Shown here: positions 1 to 13,090 of the stretch, piece after piece | Position numbering within the stretch: the stretch's first letter is position 1 | How the letters are laid out: the number at the start of each line of letters is the position of its first letter | From: a virus | Lineage: Duplodnaviria > Heunggongvirae > Uroviricota > Caudoviricetes | DNA: 44,295 nt | Virus record (IMG/VR): IMGVR_UViG_2734482556_000013 | Direction: 5' to 3' (one strand) | The notes under the pieces: model-generated | Databases searched by the model: none | What the model was told of the DNA's origin: nothing | Seen by the model: the letters and a program-made list of their open reading frames with translations, nothing else | Made by a program: the position numbers and the translations under genes

Positions 1-2993
<2,993 letters not shown>

Positions 2994-3053
2994 TCGTCAT
3001 GCTCCATAAACGATAAAACCGCCCGGAGGCGATTTCACATAAAACATTTTGCA

Positions 3054-3602
3054 TCAGCGACCAATCACCACAACCTGACCACCGTCCCCTTCGTCTGCCG
3101 TGCTGATCTCCTGAGATACCACACGTGACCCCACGCGCATTTCACCATACAGAACAGGCATAACATTGCCCTGGGCAACCATGTTATCCAGTGAGGAGAA
3201 ATAGGTGTTCTGCTTACCGTTATCCGTTGTCTGTGTGCGGGGAGTTCTGGCTTTCGGTGCCAGCATCTGAGCCACACCGCCGAGCACCATACTGGCACCG
3301 AGAGAAAACAGAATGCCGGTCATACCACCGGCACCAATGGCAGCCCCCCATGCTGCAAGGGTGGCTCCGGCGGTAAAGAATGATCCGGCAATGGCGGCTG
3401 CTCCCAGGACAATCTGGAATACACCACCTGACTTGGCCCCGGCGACTCTGGGAACAATATGAATCACAGCGCCGTCAGGCAGAGCCTCATGTAACTGTGC
3501 CGTTAATCCGGACGTGCTAACATCCTGCCCGGCAATACGCACCTGATACCAGCCGTCGCTCAGCTTCTGACGAAACGCAGGGAGCTGTGTGGCCATCGCC
3601 CG
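3054..3602 (-). CDS. Tail assembly protein I-like, second divergent copy (N-terminus lost in gap)
   Basis: Translation ...TQLPAFRQKLSDGWYQVRIAG...GEMRVGSRVVSQEISTADEGDGGQVVVIGR matches gpI from about residue 45 to the end; frame is open up to the gap edge. Confidence 0.6.
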   Translation of the reverse strand, partial: RAMATQLPAFRQKLSDGWYQVRIAGQDVSTSGLTAQLHEALPDGAVIHIVPRVAGAKSGGVFQIVLGAAAIAGSFFTAGATLAAWGAAIGAGGMTGILFSLGASMVLGGVAQMLAPKARTPRTQTTDNGKQNTYFSSLDNMVAQGNVMPVLYGEMRVGSRVVSQEISTADEGDGGQVVVIGR

Positions 3603-3852
3603 NNNNNNNNNNNNNNNNNNNNNNNNNNNNNNNNNNNNNNNNNNNNNNNNNNNNNNNNNNNNNNNNNNNNNNNNNNNNNNNNNNNNNNNNNNNNNNNNNN
3701 NNNNNNNNNNNNNNNNNNNNNNNNNNNNNNNNNNNNNNNNNNNNNNNNNNNNNNNNNNNNNNNNNNNNNNNNNNNNNNNNNNNNNNNNNNNNNNNNNNNN
3801 NNNNNNNNNNNNNNNNNNNNNNNNNNNNNNNNNNNNNNNNNNNNNNNNNNNN
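3603..3852. other. Assembly gap (run of N) between two gpI-like sequences
   Basis: 250 consecutive n characters. Confidence 1.
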
Positions 3853-4438
3853 AAACCACACGTGACCCCACGCGCATTTCCCCGTACAGAACAGGCAGAA
3901 CATTACCCTGGGCAACCATGTTATCCAGTGACGAGAAATACGTGTTCTGTTTGCCGTTATCTGTACTGGCTGCCGTGGGCGTCCTGGCTTTCGGTGCCAG
4001 CATCTGCGCCACACCACCCAGGATCATACTGGCCCCTGCTGCATACATACCCGATACAGCCGCGGCCCCCAGCCAGCCCACAGGGTTCCACCATGCCACC
4101 GCAATCAGCGCCGCACCCAGCACCGCCTGAAACACACCGCCACTTTTGGCACCCGCCAGACGCGGAACGATGTGGATCACGGCACCATTTGCCAGCGGTT
4201 CATTAAGACGGGCAGATAATTCATTTTCGCCTGCATCACGCCCGGCAATGCGCACCTGATACCAGCCGTCGCTCAGTTTCTGACGAAATGCCGGGAGCTG
4301 TGTGGCCAGTGCCCGGATGGCTTCGGCCCCCGTTTTCACACGAAGGTCGATGCGGCGGCCAAATCGCTGCAAATCCCCGTAAAGGCAGATGCGTGCCATG
4401 CCCGGTGACGCCAGAGGGAGTGTGTGCGTCGCTGCCAT
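3853..4438 (-). CDS. I: Tail assembly protein I (C-terminus lost in gap)
   Basis: Starts MAATHTLPLASPGMARICLYGDLQRFGRRIDLRVKTGAEAIRALATQLPAFRQKLSDGWYQVRIAG..., lambda gpI-like; runs into the N-gap. Confidence 0.7.
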
Positions 4439-5079
4439 TTGTCGGTATACCTCTCTCGTTTGCTCAGTTGTTCAGGAATATGGTGCAGCAGCTCGCCGTC
4501 ACCACAGTAAATGGCGGCATGATTCGGCACCGATGAACCAAAACAGCACAGCAGCACATCGCCCGGCTGCGCCGTTGACAACGGCACCTGATACAGCCCT
4601 GTAGCCTCCAGATTATCCAGATAGAGATTCTGACCATTACGCCACCAGTCGTCCTCACGATGAAAATCTGGCATCTCAATTCCCGCCAGATGGTAAGCGT
4701 CCCGGAACAGCGTGTAACAGTCCGTCACCCCGTGCTCAAAGCGCCGCCCGGTGAGATGCGGCACACAGCGGAACTTGTGAATCGCCCCGCGGCAGACCAG
4801 CCACCACGACAAATCACTCTGCACCTGCAGCCGCCGGTCGGCCTCACTCAGCCAGGGCAGACCACCGGGGTGGCTGTGGACCAGCGCCACAATCTCACCC
4901 TGCATCTCTGCCTGCAGCCAGTCCTCCGGAGCCATCCGGAAATACTCCTCCGGCTCACCGGAAATATTCACGCAGGGAAAATATCTTTCCCCCTCCGGTG
5001 TTCTCACCACGAAGCCGCACGACTCCGCTGGCGCACATCGCCGGGCGTGCGCCAGAATCGCTGATTCTGTCTGTGTCAT
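4336..5079 (-). CDS. K: Tail assembly protein K (NlpC/P60 plus JAB/MPN-like)
   Basis: Translation MTQTESAILAHARRCAPAESCGFVV...HSHPGG... matches lambda gpK; 3' end overlaps the start of I as in lambda. Confidence 0.85.
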   Translation of the reverse strand: MTQTESAILAHARRCAPAESCGFVVRTPEGERYFPCVNISGEPEEYFRMAPEDWLQAEMQGEIVALVHSHPGGLPWLSEADRRLQVQSDLSWWLVCRGAIHKFRCVPHLTGRRFEHGVTDCYTLFRDAYHLAGIEMPDFHREDDWWRNGQNLYLDNLEATGLYQVPLSTAQPGDVLLCCFGSSVPNHAAIYCGDGELLHHIPEQLSKRERYTDKWQRRTHSLWRHRAWHASAFTGICSDLAAASTFV

Positions 5080-5084
5080 GGGAT

Positions 5085-5783
5085 TTACTGCGAAAGTTTG
5101 TTAATGGAAAGGAAGCCGCCAAAGTTGCCGACGTTATTGCGGAACTTACAACCGCTCAGGCATTTGCTGCATTTATCCTTCGTGATATCGGACGTTGGCT
5201 GGTCATATTCATCCGCGACAGCCGGACCGTGATAACCGCACTCATCACCGCGATAGGTCCAGGTGCAGGTATTAGCAAGCATGATGCGCCCCGGAAAAAC
5301 AGCGCCGTCCGTTTCCGTCGGCGTGGACAGTACAAAGGAGGCACTGACCGCGCTCAGTTCGCTGCACTGCTCAATACGCCAGCGGCTGATCACCTCCTGC
5401 TCCGGATCGGCGTCACTGTTTCCGTTGACGAAGTTCACCGCATCCAGAAAACGGGCGTAAACCTTACGCCTGACCACCGTTCCGCCGACCAGACTCTGCA
5501 GGTCTTCCGCCATCCCGGTGACCATGCCGTGCAGATTAGAGACTTTCAGCGTTGGCCTTGCACTGGCACCTTTGCCGTTCATCTCAAATCCACTCCCCTG
5601 AATGGGATAGGCCTGATACTGCCGACTCTGCCAGGTGACAGACTCTCCTTTCTCGTTCTGCTCATTGCAGAAAAAGTAGCGATCCCCGCCTACCTCGGTC
5701 AGGTCGATTTCCCAGAGCACCACGCTGGCCGACTGCTCCGCACGAATGCATTCATTCAGCGTTTCCTGTTGTATGTCCTGCAT
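5085..5783 (-). CDS. L: Tail tip protein L
   Basis: 232-aa translation with Cys-rich C-terminus (CTWTYRGDECGY...CSKCLSGC), lambda gpL-like; sits between M and K. Confidence 0.85.
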   Translation of the reverse strand: MQDIQQETLNECIRAEQSASVVLWEIDLTEVGGDRYFFCNEQNEKGESVTWQSRQYQAYPIQGSGFEMNGKGASARPTLKVSNLHGMVTGMAEDLQSLVGGTVVRRKVYARFLDAVNFVNGNSDADPEQEVISRWRIEQCSELSAVSASFVLSTPTETDGAVFPGRIMLANTCTWTYRGDECGYHGPAVADEYDQPTSDITKDKCSKCLSGCKFRNNVGNFGGFLSINKLSQ

Positions 5784-6121
5784 CAGATCACCACTTCGTC
5801 AAACTGACACGAAAAATCGGTATAGGTGATATGTTCTGTCGCTGACCACGTTCGACACACCACTCTGATTTTTCTGTTAATACCCGGCGGGCGCCAAAAA
5901 AAAGATTTATAGCCTTCATGCCGGGCTAAAAATTTTTCAAATGAATCACGTTCATTCGCCTCAACTTTGAAATCACAGGTGAAAACGCGCAGAGAATGAT
6001 TAAGTCCATTTGGACTTCGTTGCTCATAACCATCACCAAATCTTACAGTTTTTATCGATGGTTTATTTTCTGTTTTCATTCCATCCTCTGGTAACCAGTG
6101 AAATTCTTCCGTATTAGCCAC
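5783..6121 (-). CDS. M: Tail tip protein M
   Basis: 112-aa ORF directly downstream of the tape measure gene and upstream of L, overlapping both. Confidence 0.75.
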   Translation of the reverse strand: MANTEEFHWLPEDGMKTENKPSIKTVRFGDGYEQRSPNGLNHSLRVFTCDFKVEANERDSFEKFLARHEGYKSFFWRPPGINRKIRVVCRTWSATEHITYTDFSCQFDEVVI

Positions 6122-9100
6122 TTAACATTCCCCCATCACGTCGCATATTTAACAGATTGCCCTGCACCCGCTGATCAACCATCCCCATAAGTGCTTTTAT
6201 TGCCTGAGGGCCAATCTCTCCATTCTGGCCGTCATTTTGAATAGTGATTTGGTATACAGGGGCATAGGTAATATCTCCGCCTCCATTACCACTTTTACTA
6301 TTAATAGCTCTGACACCAAGAGAACCATCGGAAGTTCGTGTTAATGGCATAATGGCTTCCGGTCCAGCCTCACCAAAAACACCAGCCCCTTTTGCAAAAG
6401 CAAAAAATTGCGGGGAATCATAAATACCGTTCGAATACGTGCTCAATGACGGAGACTCATAAACACCGCCCTTTGCATTCGGAATAAATTTACTAATAGC
6501 ACTCCCGATAGTTCCTAAAATCCCCCCAGAAGAACTGTTACTAATGCTGTCGAAAATCCCAGTAATTGAAGCCTTTAATGCTATTCGACTAAGATCCGAA
6601 ATCACGGAAGTAGCGAAAGAACGAAAATTTGCCTTGCCTGTCGTGACAAAATCACCCAGCGCATCGGTCATCCCATCAAACATCTGAGTCGTGGTTGATT
6701 TTATCTGCTCACTGATATCCTTAGTGTCATCCAGCCAGTTATTGAATCCCTGGGAGGCACCACTAACCCAGTCTCCTGCCTGAATATCGAGCTGCTCGTT
6801 TTTCTGTCTGACAATTTCTTTTTCCCGTTCCAGAGCATCATTCAGAGCCTGCATTTTCTCTTGAAAAACATGATCTGACATTCCACGGGATTTATCTGCA
6901 TAGTCACGTTCAAGTTGCAGACGCTGATTGTTATATCCATGTTCAATCCGCAGTAATTCCTGCTGGCGTTGCTGATTTTTATCGCCAACCCCATAACCAG
7001 CAATCTGAATATCATACCCCTGCTGACGATTATCAATCGAAGCCTGCAATGAATCACGCCATGCTGTTATTTCGGCGGATTCCTTGATTAGCCTGTTATT
7101 TTTTTCAATCGCAACATTTTTCTCCATCAACGTGGTTATTTCTTCCCGGTGTAAGAGAAGCGATTTCTGATCCTGGGTTAATTTCGATGATGGTCGTGAC
7201 TCTAGGTCGGCAATCCGCTGACGCCACTTAACCAGTTCCTGTTCAGAGGAACTTAATTTAACGGTCAACTCAGCTTGTGAACTTAGTAACGCATTCTGTT
7301 GATTCAGATGATCAATCATTCGTTGGGCTGCATCATCAGAATAACCTTTCGCCTTTGGTTGCTTTGGATCTTTATAACGCTCATTTATTTGAGCGATAAG
7401 ATTATTATATTCTTCCTTTGAATACTGATTCTTTAGCTTTTCCAGTTTTGCAAGTTCACTAGCTCTCTGCTGCTCCCGGGTCTGATATTGTTTTGAAAAG
7501 GCATCTGCTCTCTGTCTGAGTTCAATTCCTTCCTGTTGTCGCTTGTTGTAATCGTTTATTGATGAATTTAGTACGTCCTGAGCAATTTTTTCTGCTTGAA
7601 GTACGCCCAATTGCTGCTTTAATCGTGCCAGCCTTTTATTTTGAGCTCCGCCATCTCCAATGCCACCTAACCCGAAAACTCCGGGTCGGGTATTTTTTTC
7701 TATTTCATCAATTTGACGGAGAACATCTGAGATTTTTTGATCAAGGGAGGCCTCACGGCCAATATCCAGCATGGAATCCCATGCCCATTTTGCGGAGTCT
7801 GCGACAGCTTTCCATGCAGTCTCAAGATAACCAAGATTTTCTTTAATCTGGTTGGTGCGCTGGATCATTGAGGATGAGTATTCTTCTGTCGCAATGCGGG
7901 CGGCCTCCTGCTGGTTCCCTTCATCCTGTAGCGCCTTAATCTGGTTATAAGTCGCAAGTGTCAGAAAATGGTACTGATCATTAAGTTTTGATATGGCACT
8001 GACAGGATCCTTTGCAATTTCATTGAAGTCATTAACCAGTTGTTCGGTTGATATTCCTGTTACTTCGCTCGTTTTTACTATCGCTGTCGTCACTTGCTCC
8101 AGCGAACTGCTCGCTACCTTTCCCGAACGCACAAGCTGATTTAATACTGCCGCCGCAGCACCAGTTGTCGAATCAGCCGCATTCCCGGCACGTTGAGCTA
8201 TATCGCCCAATTGCCCGCTGGTTGTCCCCAACTGATTTCCGGTAAGAATAAGAGATTTATTAAATTCGTCCTGCTCCTGAGAGCCTTTATAGTAAGCCAG
8301 TCCTAAGACCCCAACGGCTGCTGCGGCCAGGGTAAAAGGATTAATTAATCCCAGCACATAAGAACCTACACCTTTGATCGCCGGGCCAATCCCACCGAAC
8401 ATATCTTTTAGCTGGCCGCCCTGCTGCATTAACACCATAAATGGCGACTGACCAGTGGACAACCCAACAACAATATCCGTCATTTGTACAGGCAACATGC
8501 GCATAGCAAAAGCCGTTTGTTTTGCCGACATTCCGGTTTTGCTTAATTGTGATTGAGTAACCTCAAGCTCACTCCGCATAGCACGAAGTTTTCCAGAAAG
8601 CTCCTCATACATTTCAGGAGAAAGCATCCCCTTAGCTTTTGCTTCATTGAGCTGTTTCTGTTGTTCTACCAGACGATTAAAAGCAGTTCCGACAGGATCA
8701 AGTTGAGCAATCAGACGTTGCAAAGCAACAACCTGTTCATCATGCGCTTTTGCTGCTTCTCGCTCTGCCTGAGCCTCTCCGGTAAGCTCTCGCCGTGTTT
8801 CCTGTATTTTTCGGCTATAATTCTCAAACTGAGAACCATTTATTTTCCCGGATGCAAACGCAGCATTAAGTTCATCATGCTGTTGTTCAAGATTTCTTAG
8901 CGCCGCAGCCAGAGGGTCGATCTTGTCCAGCATTCTTTGAAAGGCCTGAGCCTGCGCTTCCTGCTGGGCGGCAGCAAGTTTTCCGGCCTTCTCGGCTTCT
9001 CTCTGCGCTTGCGCAACCCCGCTCAATTCCTCTGTGGTTTCATTAAGTTTACGGACAAGAAATTCATATTCTTCTTTATCAATAAGCCCTTTATCGAAAA

Positions 9101-9347
9101 ATTTCTTTAATTCAGAATAGCGTCGACCGACAGTATCAATTGCGGCACCAACTGGATCAATAGCTGCTTTTAATTTTGCGAGCGCGTTCTTCTCATCTTC
9201 TGTTGCCTTAGTCACTTTCCCTGCGCTATTTGCAGCAGTTTCCCCAGCCTGCGTCATTTTGACTAATGAGGAGGTCAGATTGTCAGCATTATTTTTCGCT
9301 CCAGTGCTATCAATAATTATTGCGAGACGCGAGGTTTGCTCTGCCAT
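6114..9347 (-). CDS. Tail tape measure protein
   Basis: 1077-aa ORF, coiled-coil and Gln/Ala-rich, Gly-rich C-terminal region; ATG at 9345-9347 preceded by GGAG; position after G/GT. Confidence 0.9.
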   Translation of the reverse strand: MAEQTSRLAIIIDSTGAKNNADNLTSSLVKMTQAGETAANSAGKVTKATEDEKNALAKLKAAIDPVGAAIDTVGRRYSELKKFFDKGLIDKEEYEFLVRKLNETTEELSGVAQAQREAEKAGKLAAAQQEAQAQAFQRMLDKIDPLAAALRNLEQQHDELNAAFASGKINGSQFENYSRKIQETRRELTGEAQAEREAAKAHDEQVVALQRLIAQLDPVGTAFNRLVEQQKQLNEAKAKGMLSPEMYEELSGKLRAMRSELEVTQSQLSKTGMSAKQTAFAMRMLPVQMTDIVVGLSTGQSPFMVLMQQGGQLKDMFGGIGPAIKGVGSYVLGLINPFTLAAAAVGVLGLAYYKGSQEQDEFNKSLILTGNQLGTTSGQLGDIAQRAGNAADSTTGAAAAVLNQLVRSGKVASSSLEQVTTAIVKTSEVTGISTEQLVNDFNEIAKDPVSAISKLNDQYHFLTLATYNQIKALQDEGNQQEAARIATEEYSSSMIQRTNQIKENLGYLETAWKAVADSAKWAWDSMLDIGREASLDQKISDVLRQIDEIEKNTRPGVFGLGGIGDGGAQNKRLARLKQQLGVLQAEKIAQDVLNSSINDYNKRQQEGIELRQRADAFSKQYQTREQQRASELAKLEKLKNQYSKEEYNNLIAQINERYKDPKQPKAKGYSDDAAQRMIDHLNQQNALLSSQAELTVKLSSSEQELVKWRQRIADLESRPSSKLTQDQKSLLLHREEITTLMEKNVAIEKNNRLIKESAEITAWRDSLQASIDNRQQGYDIQIAGYGVGDKNQQRQQELLRIEHGYNNQRLQLERDYADKSRGMSDHVFQEKMQALNDALEREKEIVRQKNEQLDIQAGDWVSGASQGFNNWLDDTKDISEQIKSTTTQMFDGMTDALGDFVTTGKANFRSFATSVISDLSRIALKASITGIFDSISNSSSGGILGTIGSAISKFIPNAKGGVYESPSLSTYSNGIYDSPQFFAFAKGAGVFGEAGPEAIMPLTRTSDGSLGVRAINSKSGNGGGDITYAPVYQITIQNDGQNGEIGPQAIKALMGMVDQRVQGNLLNMRRDGGMLSG

Positions 9348-9365
9348 TTATTAAAACTCCTGACA

Positions 9366-9392
9366 ACAAAAAACCCACCGCGAAGTGGGTTT
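9366..9392 (-). terminator. Intrinsic terminator-like hairpin between G/GT and the tape measure gene
   Basis: On the minus strand: stem CCCAC, loop TTCGCG, stem GTGGG, then TTTTTTGTTG. Confidence 0.4.
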
Positions 9393-9512
9393 CAGGCGAC
9401 ATAATAGTAGATATAGCGATTACGAGGCCACGCAATGCTTTTCTCCAGGAGCATCATCGATTTAATTAAAGACACCATCACATCTCTGTAACAGAGTGTA
9501 CGTAATTAACAA

Positions 9513-9833
9513 CTACACACACTGCTCCTGAAAATACTGGTCATCCAGTGCAAAGATCACTGCTTCAAATTCATCGCGCTCAATCAATACCGGATGAGTG
9601 GCTAAATATTCATTTATCTCTGTCAGAGATAAAGGCAAAGGCACCCCAGCCATTCCAGCATAACGTCGGGCACGGGATATTACCGAATAGGCGTACAACA
9701 ACTCCTTAAGCACCGGGTCTATTTCTGGTTCCGGTATCGGTGGCAACCTGAGTTTTTCTCGCTTCCATCTTGCCTTTTCCCCCCTTTCTCCCCCGAACTC
9801 CGATAACCACCGCTGGGCAGCTATGGCTTTTTT
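9513..9833 (-). CDS. Tail assembly chaperone GT, -1 frameshift extension (T portion)
   Basis: The -1 frame is open from the slippery site at 9827-9833 to the stop at 9513-9515; the ORF-track frame at 9513-9746 is this extension. Confidence 0.7.
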   Translation of the reverse strand, partial: KKAIAAQRWLSEFGGERGEKARWKREKLRLPPIPEPEIDPVLKELLYAYSVISRARRYAGMAGVPLPLSLTEINEYLATHPVLIERDEFEAVIFALDDQYFQEQCV

Positions 9834-10282
9834 ATCGTATCCTGCTTCTGCTGCTCTTTACCCTGGGCGATGCTGGCTGCTTCTGCAAGGATCTGCCAGT
9901 ACAACTCTGGATTCTGCTTAAGCAGCGCGATCCCTCGTTCTGCCGTATATTCCAGTGCAACCTCAACACCATTAACCAGTTCACCAACCCCTTTCCAGTC
10001 TTTCAGCAGATAACGAGCGGCATTATCAATGAGTAAATCATCAACAGAATCCACCTCGGAAACCTTTGAAATATCAAACTCCTTCGTTCCGACGTGCAAA
10101 CTGGCATCCATTTTCTCAATGTGGCGACGGATTAATGCATTACGGGAGCGATACTGATCGTTATCGCTGCTTGCCACCAACAGTTTTAACCCGTCTACAG
10201 GTTTTAAGTCCTTCATTGGCGTAAACCAGCGTTCTCCACCAATGATAATTTTCTGATTAAGAATAAACATCCATAACCTCAT
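9821..10282 (-). CDS. Tail assembly chaperone G
   Basis: 153-aa acidic protein between major tail protein and tape measure; ends with the slippery heptamer. Confidence 0.75.
   Translation of the reverse strand: MRLWMFILNQKIIIGGERWFTPMKDLKPVDGLKLLVASSDNDQYRSRNALIRRHIEKMDASLHVGTKEFDISKVSEVDSVDDLLIDNAARYLLKDWKGVGELVNGVEVALEYTAERGIALLKQNPELYWQILAEAASIAQGKEQQKQDTIKKP
9827..9833 (-). other. Programmed -1 ribosomal frameshift slippery heptamer A AAA AAG
   Basis: Minus strand reads ...GAT ACG ATA AAA AAG CCA TAG at the end of G; a -1 slip enters the open T frame. Confidence 0.7.
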
Positions 10283-10330
10283 TCAATGCGTCCCCCTGTA
10301 GGGCAGTACCACAGGAGGAATAACGGAAAA

Positions 10331-11293
10331 TCAACTAATCGCCTCAGCACTGGCTTTTGCGATCACGGCAGCCGGGGAATTTTTTTTTCTGGTTATCGTA
10401 GGTGCTTCATCTGCTGCGGTAATGCTCAATTGAACCTGGATAATGTCGCTATTACCCCCATCAGGCCATTCACCTGACACCTGAACCTTCGGGAAACTGA
10501 AAGTGTATGCCCCCTCTCCATTCGAAAGCGTGAAGCTGAACGGAACTGTTTCTCCAGTCAGTGTTTTACTCCAGATTTCCCACGCGGCTTTAGACCATGA
10601 AAGCGTCACCGTACCGGACGGTGTAAAAGTAGTCGGAATATTTGCTCCTGCATAAGGCGAGCCAGTCCCGATACAACGCTGTGTCTGGAGTTTGTTATCG
10701 AACTGAATATCAAAACTGTCGATACAAAAACCGTTACCTCCGGCAACACCATTCAGGCTTACTGCTGAAACCTCCTTAAACGAATAACGTAGCTTTCCTG
10801 CACTATCCACAGGTTCGCCTTTGATAAAATTCGTATCATCGGCCTTTGATTCCCAGTCCAGTCCGGCAAAGGTTACGGTCGCTGTAATATCGCCGTCGTT
10901 AGGGATCTGCATTTTCCATGAGCCAACCTGCGCTCCTCTGACGACAGAGGCAATTCCGACATCGGACGCATAGGTCGCCAGAGAAAATGTTATTCGCTCA
11001 TTCCCCATTGTCAGAGAATCGCCTGACCATTCCGCGCCGAAACAGGATGCAAGAAAATCATCATGTTGACCCCAGCGAAATTTGGTACCAACATCACCGC
11101 CGACATCCACAGTGCCAGGCGTCGCCCCCTGAGCCATCCGGGAGCCACCAATCTCATTATTTTCGCCTTTATTCTGGGTGGGTTTTACTCCCCAGCTTGT
11201 GCGTTTTAATAAACTCCAGTCACCACTTGCTGGCGTAGTGCCTGCAACCGTCTCCCGGATAAATGCCGAGATAACCTTTGCACCTGAACTCAC
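10331..11293 (-). CDS. Major tail protein (V-like, with C-terminal Ig-like extension)
   Basis: 320-aa ORF in the canonical position upstream of G; Ser/Thr/Gly-rich C-terminal part resembles Big_2-type decoration domains. Confidence 0.8.
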   Translation of the reverse strand: MSSGAKVISAFIRETVAGTTPASGDWSLLKRTSWGVKPTQNKGENNEIGGSRMAQGATPGTVDVGGDVGTKFRWGQHDDFLASCFGAEWSGDSLTMGNERITFSLATYASDVGIASVVRGAQVGSWKMQIPNDGDITATVTFAGLDWESKADDTNFIKGEPVDSAGKLRYSFKEVSAVSLNGVAGGNGFCIDSFDIQFDNKLQTQRCIGTGSPYAGANIPTTFTPSGTVTLSWSKAAWEIWSKTLTGETVPFSFTLSNGEGAYTFSFPKVQVSGEWPDGGNSDIIQVQLSITAADEAPTITRKKNSPAAVIAKASAEAIS

Positions 11294-11319
11294 AGGAGCC
11301 TCCTATGTCATTAATTGCG

Positions 11320-11712
11320 CTAGAGCGCGCGATATGGAATTTGAAGATTAAGCTGGAACCAGCCATTCTTTTCGCCAACGGCTATTGAGGAAACAGCCTG
11401 GTAACTGAGACGATCGTCATCCTGAAACTCAAACAGTTCCCGCAATTTATCGGCTGTCTCAGTAATGAGTTTTGAACCAGAACCTGCGGGGACAAATAAC
11501 TGAATAATGATTATCCCCGTGCGATAAACAACCGGCCCCGCGCCAATTTCATTAACTCCAGCCTGCCCGGGAATATTACTTAACCGCGCCCAGATTAACT
11601 TACCGGAAGGATCGAACGTTGGCCCGTTCGGATACAATACGTCTTTTCCATCAATAATCGTCTGTGCCGTCATTCTGGAAATAACCGTATTTCTGATTTC
11701 AGTAAACTTCAT
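11320..11712 (-). CDS. Tail terminator / minor tail protein (U-like)
   Basis: 130-aa ORF immediately upstream of the major tail protein gene; assigned by synteny. Confidence 0.55.
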   Translation of the reverse strand: MKFTEIRNTVISRMTAQTIIDGKDVLYPNGPTFDPSGKLIWARLSNIPGQAGVNEIGAGPVVYRTGIIIIQLFVPAGSGSKLITETADKLRELFEFQDDDRLSYQAVSSIAVGEKNGWFQLNLQIPYRAL

Positions 11713-12089
11713 TTGTAAGCCTGTAAAACACCATGAAAAGCGTTGGCATACACGCCAGTTGGCGCTTGTTGTGAATGACCGTTTTCAAGAGCCTCTGCAT
11801 AAGGAAGGTTATTCTGGATATAAATAACCCCGTAATTTGCAGCTTTCGAAATAACCCCGATCCCACGCTGAACAGCAATCGTACCGTTCGGATCCACGTT
11901 ATCAGATATACCAAAATCGGGATGCTGTAACGACACCAGGTTGTTATTTCTGAAACGTCCGGTATCAACCGGAGCAGCAATATCAATAGCAGTAAGAATC
12001 TGCATAGCGATGTAGCGAATCTTCAGCCCTACATCTTCCTCAATCATCCCGGCAAATATTGACGGTTCTATATCCCATGCCTTTGCCAT
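11709..12089 (-). CDS. Tail completion / head-tail joining protein (HK97 gp10-like)
   Basis: 126-aa ORF overlapping its neighbours by 4 nt; assigned by synteny. Confidence 0.55.
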   Translation of the reverse strand: MAKAWDIEPSIFAGMIEEDVGLKIRYIAMQILTAIDIAAPVDTGRFRNNNLVSLQHPDFGISDNVDPNGTIAVQRGIGVISKAANYGVIYIQNNLPYAEALENGHSQQAPTGVYANAFHGVLQAYK

Positions 12090-12473
12090 TTACGCTCTCC
12101 TTAACTGGATAGAGTAAACTGATGCGGAAGGATCTACACTTGCTGTAATTACCTCGTATCGTTGTAACTGCCTTGATACAGGATCATAAATCTCAATAAT
12201 ATGGTCGACAGCTGGTTTATCCGTAACCTCGCATACCAGAGCGGTTAATTTAAGGTCACCATGCAAAATATTAATCCCATCAATTCTGCCCAGCTTATAA
12301 CGTGTCAACACGCCTCGCCCGGTATAGATTGCGGTGGATTCGCCGCCAGTTTCCGTCACAGGATCCCAGTGCCGGTGCGTAACGTAAGAACCAGAAAAAT
12401 CACTCACGGCGTCCGCTAAATCCTCATCAAAAGCAGCGGCAACCTCTGACTGAATCTCTTCACGAAGCCCCAT
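12090..12473 (-). CDS. Head-tail joining protein
   Basis: 127-aa ORF abutting the neighbouring gene; assigned by synteny. Confidence 0.5.
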   Translation of the reverse strand: MGLREEIQSEVAAAFDEDLADAVSDFSGSYVTHRHWDPVTETGGESTAIYTGRGVLTRYKLGRIDGINILHGDLKLTALVCEVTDKPAVDHIIEIYDPVSRQLQRYEVITASVDPSASVYSIQLRRA

Positions 12474-12868
12474 TATCCCCCCCTCACAACCCTGACTTGT
12501 GAGCGACTAAGTCCGTACGGTTTCAGCAGTGCTATCGCAAGCTGTAAATCGGGTTCAAGCAATGCAGTGCTGTTTGCTGGCAACTCAGAAAATGATTTCG
12601 ATACACTGACCCCGTCAGCCGACACGGCTTTACTGATAACAACGCCAGAATCATTTTTCTGCTGAAACAACTTACCGAATGAGGCAATTCTGGCTGCATA
12701 TGCTCCCGCAAGTTTTACCTCTTCCGGAATACGGGATGGGTTAATTTTCAGGTTGAAGCCATTAAGCCAGGCATTAGCCATTAAAACAGCTTTATTTTTA
12801 GCGTTCTCACTCGTCCAGGCGTTCCCAAACGCATTATCAACGTCATCACAGGTCACGTAAGTGATCAT
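12473..12868 (-). CDS. Head-tail connector / head completion protein
   Basis: 131-aa ORF, ATG at 12866-12868 preceded by GGAG; assigned by synteny. Confidence 0.5.
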   Translation of the reverse strand: MITYVTCDDVDNAFGNAWTSENAKNKAVLMANAWLNGFNLKINPSRIPEEVKLAGAYAARIASFGKLFQQKNDSGVVISKAVSADGVSVSKSFSELPANSTALLEPDLQLAIALLKPYGLSRSQVRVVRGG

Positions 12869-12871
12869 GTG

Positions 12872-13048
12872 TTACTCCTGAGTTTTCCAGCCCATAGCCT
12901 TCCAGTTGTCAACTTCATCAGGATGAACATTAGCGATAGTTGGTGCGCCGGGAAACATCTGATAATCGGTCACCATAACCACTAACTCAATTTGCGTTTT
13001 TTGTGCGGCTTCACGCTGTGCTCTTTGCTCTTTAGTTAATCCGGCCAT
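12872..13048 (-). CDS. Small hypothetical phage protein (58 aa), absent from the ORF track
   Basis: ATG at 13046-13048, TAA at 12872-12874; translation MAGLTKEQRAQREAAQKTQIELVVMVTDYQMFPGAPTIANVHPDEVDNWKAMGWKTQE; stop lies 3 nt before the next gene start. Confidence 0.4.
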   Translation of the reverse strand: MAGLTKEQRAQREAAQKTQIELVVMVTDYQMFPGAPTIANVHPDEVDNWKAMGWKTQE

Positions 13049-13054
13049 ATGCCC

Positions 13055-13080
13055 CCCATTAAAAATGGGGCCGAAGCCCC
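13055..13080 (-). terminator. Intrinsic terminator-like hairpin downstream of the major capsid gene
   Basis: Minus strand: GGGGC TTCG GCCCC followed by ATTTTTAAT. Confidence 0.45.
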
Positions 13081-13090
13081 GTTTGAATGT

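Noticed and set aside
3517-4206. ORFs 3517-4017 (-), 3587-3865 (+), 3589-4206 (+) and 3918-4130 (+)
   Set aside because: They span or abut the 250-nt run of N and overlap the gpI coding frames; artefacts of the gap.
4660-5807. Plus-strand ORFs 4660-5064 and 4998-5807
   Set aside because: Antisense to the well-supported K and L genes; translations are Arg/Pro-rich with no ribosome binding sites.
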